A model generated the notes under the pieces. That model was not told the origin of the DNA. It saw only the letters and a list, made by a program, of their open reading frames with translations, and ran no database searches. This document shows positions 59,001 through 64,000 of a stretch of DNA of 64,000 nucleotides, one piece after another (within the stretch, counting starts at the first letter, position 1; each line of letters starts with the position of its first letter). The DNA is from Mantamonas sphyraenae STR306 (Eukaryota; Protista; CRuMs), in contig JAPMXV010000069.1 of assembly GCA_026936335.1 (NCBI GenBank), positions 1 to 64,000 of the forward strand, read 5' to 3'. The position numbers and the translations under genes are program-made.

Positions 59001-61897
59001 AACAGAGTGATGCCCAAGTTGAGCTCCACGTTGCACTTCTCCTCGCTGCGTGCTCCACCCACAAAGGAGCTGATGGCCAGTGCGGCGGCTGCACGCACGT
59101 GTGCATCCGGATCCTTGAGCAGGGGACACAGACGCTCGGGCACCGATTCGCTGATGGCCATCCAGCGTGCCTCGTCGTAGTCTTCCCACAACTTGGCCAG
59201 TACCAAACACACCCAGCGACGAAAGAAGGGCTCTTCGTTCTGCAGCTCGGCGCCACACAGTTTCAGCAGATTGGCGTGCAGACAGCCAGCTTGACCAAGG
59301 CGGAAGCCATCCATGATGACGGAGAGCACAAAGAGACACATGATGCGTGTCTCTGAGGTGAACCTGAGGGTGCGAAAGGCCTTGATGAAGTACTCGTAGC
59401 CGTTCTTGTCCTTGACCAGATCCATCTGGCAGCTGCGATCAAACGCAAGCACCTTTGTCCAGATGAAGATCAACACACGCTTGAGATCGCCCGCAGGACT
59501 CTGGAGCAACTTGACCACGTAGGGGAAGATGCCCACGGTCAATGCCTGCTGCACAGCCCACGGTCCAAGGTCCAGAAACTGAGCCAGCAGGCTCAACGCA
59601 CGTCCACGGTGACTCTGTGACAGCAGCACCTGCAACACAATCGGCAGCTGGCTGGGAGGCTCCTTGCTTTCGTTGCCAAATTGCAGCCATACCTCAAACG
59701 CAGTCAGCTGCTGCGCAAAGAAATCGCTGGGCACATACTTGTACGGTTTGTGTGCAGCAGGTTTTGATGATGAAGAGGAGGAGGAGGAGGAGGGGGTGCT
59801 CCCAGATGATGATGACGATGATGATGATGATGATGATGATGAGGTGGTGGTGGTGGTGGTGGTGGTGTGGCCGAGGACCTTTGCAGCTGCGTTCTCACCA
59901 GCGACAGTCATGGGGTCGTTGGCAGGCTCCGTGTCAGCCAGGAGCATGGGCAGCTGGGAGAGACACATGTCGAGAGCAGTGTCCCAGGCCTCCCACATGG
60001 GATGCTGGGAGGTGGGAGGGAGGGCAGGCACGCTCATGGGCGTGCAGTTCTGCGAGCGCATGATTCGTTCGGCCAGGAGAAAGTTGCGGAAAAGGCTGGC
60101 CAGAAGGAGATCCTGGCGAAAGAGACGCTGAAAGAGTTGTTTGGGAAGCACATTCCATGCAATGGTGTCTGTGACGGCGGTGAAGATCCAATTGAGTTCA
60201 CCCAGGGGTGTGCGGCGGTCGGTGAACACGCCGGGGATCTTGTCGACGTCCTCCAGAGCCACGTCGGCCAACAGGGAACGGGAATGAAACCAACGCAGGG
60301 CCATGCGAAGGGGTGCAGTCAAACAGCTGGTAAACAGGTCTGCTGGTACCTCAGGGTTCAATGGAAGCGTCTGGTTGGCTTGGCAAGCGGCAAGAAGGAT
60401 GGAATCCTTCAACAGGGAGCCATGCTTCTTCTTCTTGCTTGATGATGATGAGGAGGAGGTGGAGGAGGAGGAGGAGGAGGAGGATGCGTTGGAAGCCGCG
60501 GCTTCGTCCTCCTCACGCTGGGTGGCAAACTGAACAAAGGACTGCAGAACAAGGCCGGCACTGCTGCAATCAAAAACATACACAGTGGGAGTGCCCAGCC
60601 ACGCCTGGAGATCGTACACACTCAGTGGGATGTACTGGGTATAATGCTGTGGAGGAGGTGGATGTGTCAGCAAAATACGAAAATGGGGGCGCAGTAAACG
60701 ATCCCACTGCCCCGGGCCCTCAAAAAGGGGTACCTTGTTGAACACCCACACCTCGCCATTGCTGGTGGGTTTGGGCACACCATGGCCGTTGTAATGAAAC
60801 AGCACACGCTCCTTTTTGCTGCTGCGTCTCAGAGAAAGACACAGCTTCTTGACGTCGTCCAGGGTCGGATCCAGCGCTTGCTTGTAGCGAGCCTGCACAC
60901 ACACACGGGGTGTGGAAATACCCACGGATGCCCAAAAGAAACCACGGGGAGTGATTGAGAGAGAGATAGGGAGGGAGGGGTGGGGTTGGGGGGGTGGGTC
61001 AGCCAGTGGTGTCACGCGTTGTCGGCCATTTGGCAGAGGACTTTTGGGAGGAAACGCCACGCTGGACGCCACACATCGACACACACGTACCTTGGGCTGC
61101 AGACGTTCGTACTGAAGCTGCAGGTTCTTGCCAATGCTCTCGAGTGCTTTCTGTGGAAGTGTGGGTGCGGGGGCAGTGCGAGGTGAGGTGAGTGAAACGA
61201 ACCGGCGGGAATGAACGGGGGCGAGTGTTGGCGGACCTCCGAGAGAAGGAAAACGGCGCGTGTGGAGGACGCATACCTGTGCGGTTTGGGTGGTGGGGTC
61301 GACCCAGGCCTCGAGGACAGCACAGGGCTCGGGTTTAACGAGGTCGGGTGGATCGACACCAATGTTGAGACAGAGGACGAGGGCAACGCTGACGGTTTTC
61401 ATCTGCGCGGGGTGAAAGAGAGGGAAAGGGTTGGGCAAAGGCGCCACAAGACAGCATGGGGGTCAGTTTCCATGGACATGGGTCACATGGGACGGAGGAA
61501 TGGATCCCAAGGCACGTGTGTGCAAAAGGATGGGCAGGCAAAGGGCGTGTGGCGAGTGGTAGGAGGGCTAGGAGGAACTGACCCGCTCTCGCATCCGCCA
61601 CCCCTGAGCCAGCAGCTCATCCTTGCCAATGGCGGACAGAGTGTACCGTCTCCTGCCTGCCAACTGTGTGTTTGCTTGGATGACATCGGCCAGGGTGGGA
61701 TGTGTGTCCAGGGCTGTGCTCTGCTTGCGTGTAAAGAAGGCGGGCGTGTCCAGGACTTCCTGATCACGCGAAGCCGTGCGTGACCGACGTGAGGAGAAGG
61801 AGGAGCTGCTGCTGCTGCTGCTGCTGCTGCGCCCGGGTCTCTCCTCCGACGCCAGTTCCTGCGACAGGCCTCGGATGGTGGCCTTGGAACGCCGCAT
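56078..61897 (-). CDS. RPTOR: Raptor/Kog1 (TORC1 scaffold); introns 61403-61582, 61151-61276, 60893-61090, 60647-60733
   Basis: WRMRER|MKTVSVALVLCLNIGVDPPD, ERVLFHYNGHGVP, PADLFTSCLT, LPIVLQVLLSQ, HEAT repeats, C-terminal WD40; start uncertain. Confidence 0.96.
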
Positions 61898-62938
61898 GGA
61901 TGGGGGTGTGCGCGCGGCAAAGGGGGGGATTTTTCTGGTCGGCAGGTCGGGCGGCCAGCGCCCAGGGGAAGCAAACCCAAATCTCGGTTTGGAAGCCTGA
62001 ATTGGAAGAAACATCAAAAATGGAAAGGGACGGATGATGGGACATGGGAAAATGGATGGAGAAGGTTCGTGGCATGAGGGGAAGGAGAACGCAAGGGCAA
62101 TGGGGGGGGGGAAACGTGTGGGAAGGGAAGGGAACCATCACTGGACGGGGGATGGATGGGTGACATGCCCAACGCGGCGAGCACCTAAGGCAGGATATGT
62201 TTGCTGACACGGATGGAGGATAGAGCGATGGGGACGGGAGGGGAGGAAAACGTAGACGGGGGGTGGCATTGGGGGAAATGGACTTTTTGGGGTGCCGTCC
62301 ATCGGAACGGGGCTGTTGGGACGGCAAATCCATGCGGGAAGGGCGGGTCCGGTGAACAGCGGATGCTGAAACGCATGATGCACAGGTGCAACCAATTGAA
62401 GTGAGGTGTAGGGGAGAGAAAAGTATGGACAACGGAAGGGAAGGCAATCTGGTGTGGACAAGCCTACTGGACGACGGGAATGGGATCGATGGCCAAGGAT
62501 TGAACGACATGGACAATGGGGGTAAGTGGAAACCAAGTGGGAAGGGCAAAGGAGGAGGGAGAGGGAGTTGTATGGACTGGTGGGCTGGGACGAGAGCCAG
62601 TGGAAGAGTGGGCAGTGACGGGTGGAGGTAATCATCGGCAAGGGGGAAATGGGTGCAGAGCGGGAAAATTGCGGCAATTTGCCACCGATTTCGAGCATTG
62701 GGCAAGAATTGAGCGGAGATGGAAGGGGATTGACGCAAATTGAGATTGTGGAGCTAATGGGCGAGTGGGTGAGACAGGAGGGAACAGGAGCGAGGCAGTG
62801 GCAGGTGGGGCAGTTGTGCCCGGGGAGAATTGGAGCCCGGACGGATGGTGGATGAGTGCTGCGGATGCAAGGAATGGGGGATGGAAGGATTGTTTTGGAA
62901 GGGGACAAATTCACTGACATGGAGTGGGCGCGACGCAG

Positions 62939-64000
62939 ACGAGAGGTGGGACACGGAGGAGGTGGTGGAAAGGGAGGAAAGGAGCCCAGGCAGAGGAGGA
63001 GTGTTGTACGGCGTGCAATCGATCGATGCGTTGGGTACATCGGGCTCCATGCCGGATTGGGCACGGGAATTGGATGAGGAAATGGGGGGGGGACAGCAGG
63101 TGAGCGAAGGGCAACTGGATGGGATGGTGGGTGGAACGAACCATGGAATTGGGTTGTTGGGAGAAGGTGAGGAGGGGCAAATTGAGGAAAGGTTGGCGCG
63201 TGAGTTTGGCAATGTGGAATGGGAGGGCAATGGGACAGGAGAAAGACTGGGCAGCTACGGACACACACATGGACGCAAGAGAAAAATGGAGGAGGAAAAA
63301 GACGGGTGGAACGAAGAGTCAAAGTGGGAAGAGGGGCAAGGGATGGGAGACACAGAAAGGGCGGGCAATATTATGGACGCAGGGCTGGATGGAAGATGGA
63401 AACGGCGACGGCATGGGGGTCAGGAAACGCAGGATGGATCAGCGGCACACCGGGAGAGGAGAAAGGGCAAGGGAAGGAAAGGACGAGGGAAGAAAAGGCG
63501 GGAGGAGGAGGCACAAAGCAGCGGGACGCCACTTTCTGGGATGATGCTTCCGCAGAGCGTGGTGCAGATTAATGCGGTGTGCTGGAACCTGTTGAAGGAG
63601 TTGAAAATGGCAATGGAATCGCGGCCTGCGGGATCAAACGCGGAGGTGGACGAGATGGCGCAGGAGGACAATGAGGAGGCGGAAGAGGACGGAGAAACGG
63701 GGCAGGAAACGGAGGAGGCCGAGGATGAGCGAAAAAAGAGTGAATCGGGGGAGATGGAAGGAAGGATCAACGCACCTGAGTGGGCACGTGAACAGTGGGC
63801 ACAACGACTGGTTGAGCAGGATGTGGCAAGCATGATGTTTGAAGAGGCGTCTCTGGTTTCGACGTACGGGACAACGGACAGTGGGCGGGGAGGGAGGCTG
63901 GATGTGATCAATGGGGAAGTGCGCCCATTCACAGAACTGCTTTTGGCGAGCGAGACGCCGACAGAGGAAGCAACGGCGCTGGCATCGATGTTTGCGGATG
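62939..64000 (+). CDS. Partial exon of a G/E-rich hypothetical protein running off the window
   Basis: Frame open from 62773 to the window end (absent from the ORF track, probably because it has no stop); CTGAC branch point near 62914 and CAG acceptor at 62938; upstream exon(s) unresolved. Confidence 0.5.

Overview
This window is the left end of a eukaryotic chromosome: a (CCCTAA)n telomere followed by about 36 very tightly packed protein-coding genes. Introns are short GT-AG introns (about 60-310 nt, CTRAC branch points, CA/GT microsatellites), and TAA, TAG and TGA all act as stops. DNAAF4 implies a flagellated protist; the lineage cannot be fixed from sequence alone. The subtelomere carries an unknown protein built from four nested repeats and a Crinkler/RHS-type NTPase+restriction-endonuclease-fold gene. 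Two near-identical inverted copies of asparaginyl-tRNA synthetase flank a 4.6-kb four-gene block (TRF-like Myb, RpiB, CSN6, SEC11). Other recognisable genes are ZNF277, OCD/mu-crystallin, KIFBP, a USP4/15-like protease, ARFRP1, a STARD3-like MENTAL-START protein, SNAPC4, SPCS1, SURF6/Rrp14, C2-RasGAP, N-CoR-like, a zinc-knuckle protein, Dad2-like, TACC-like, a MORN-repeat protein, DPM1, TAF12 and Raptor. Points worth follow-up: a probable intergenic box C/D snoRNA, a secreted methyltransferase, a secreted acidic/basic helical precursor, two operon-like junctions (a 2-nt gap and an in-frame TGA), an apparent excess of 3n-length introns, and a transcription-independent C/G strand skew that flips inside Raptor. 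All gene models and family calls were made by eye, from remembered motifs; no database searches were run.
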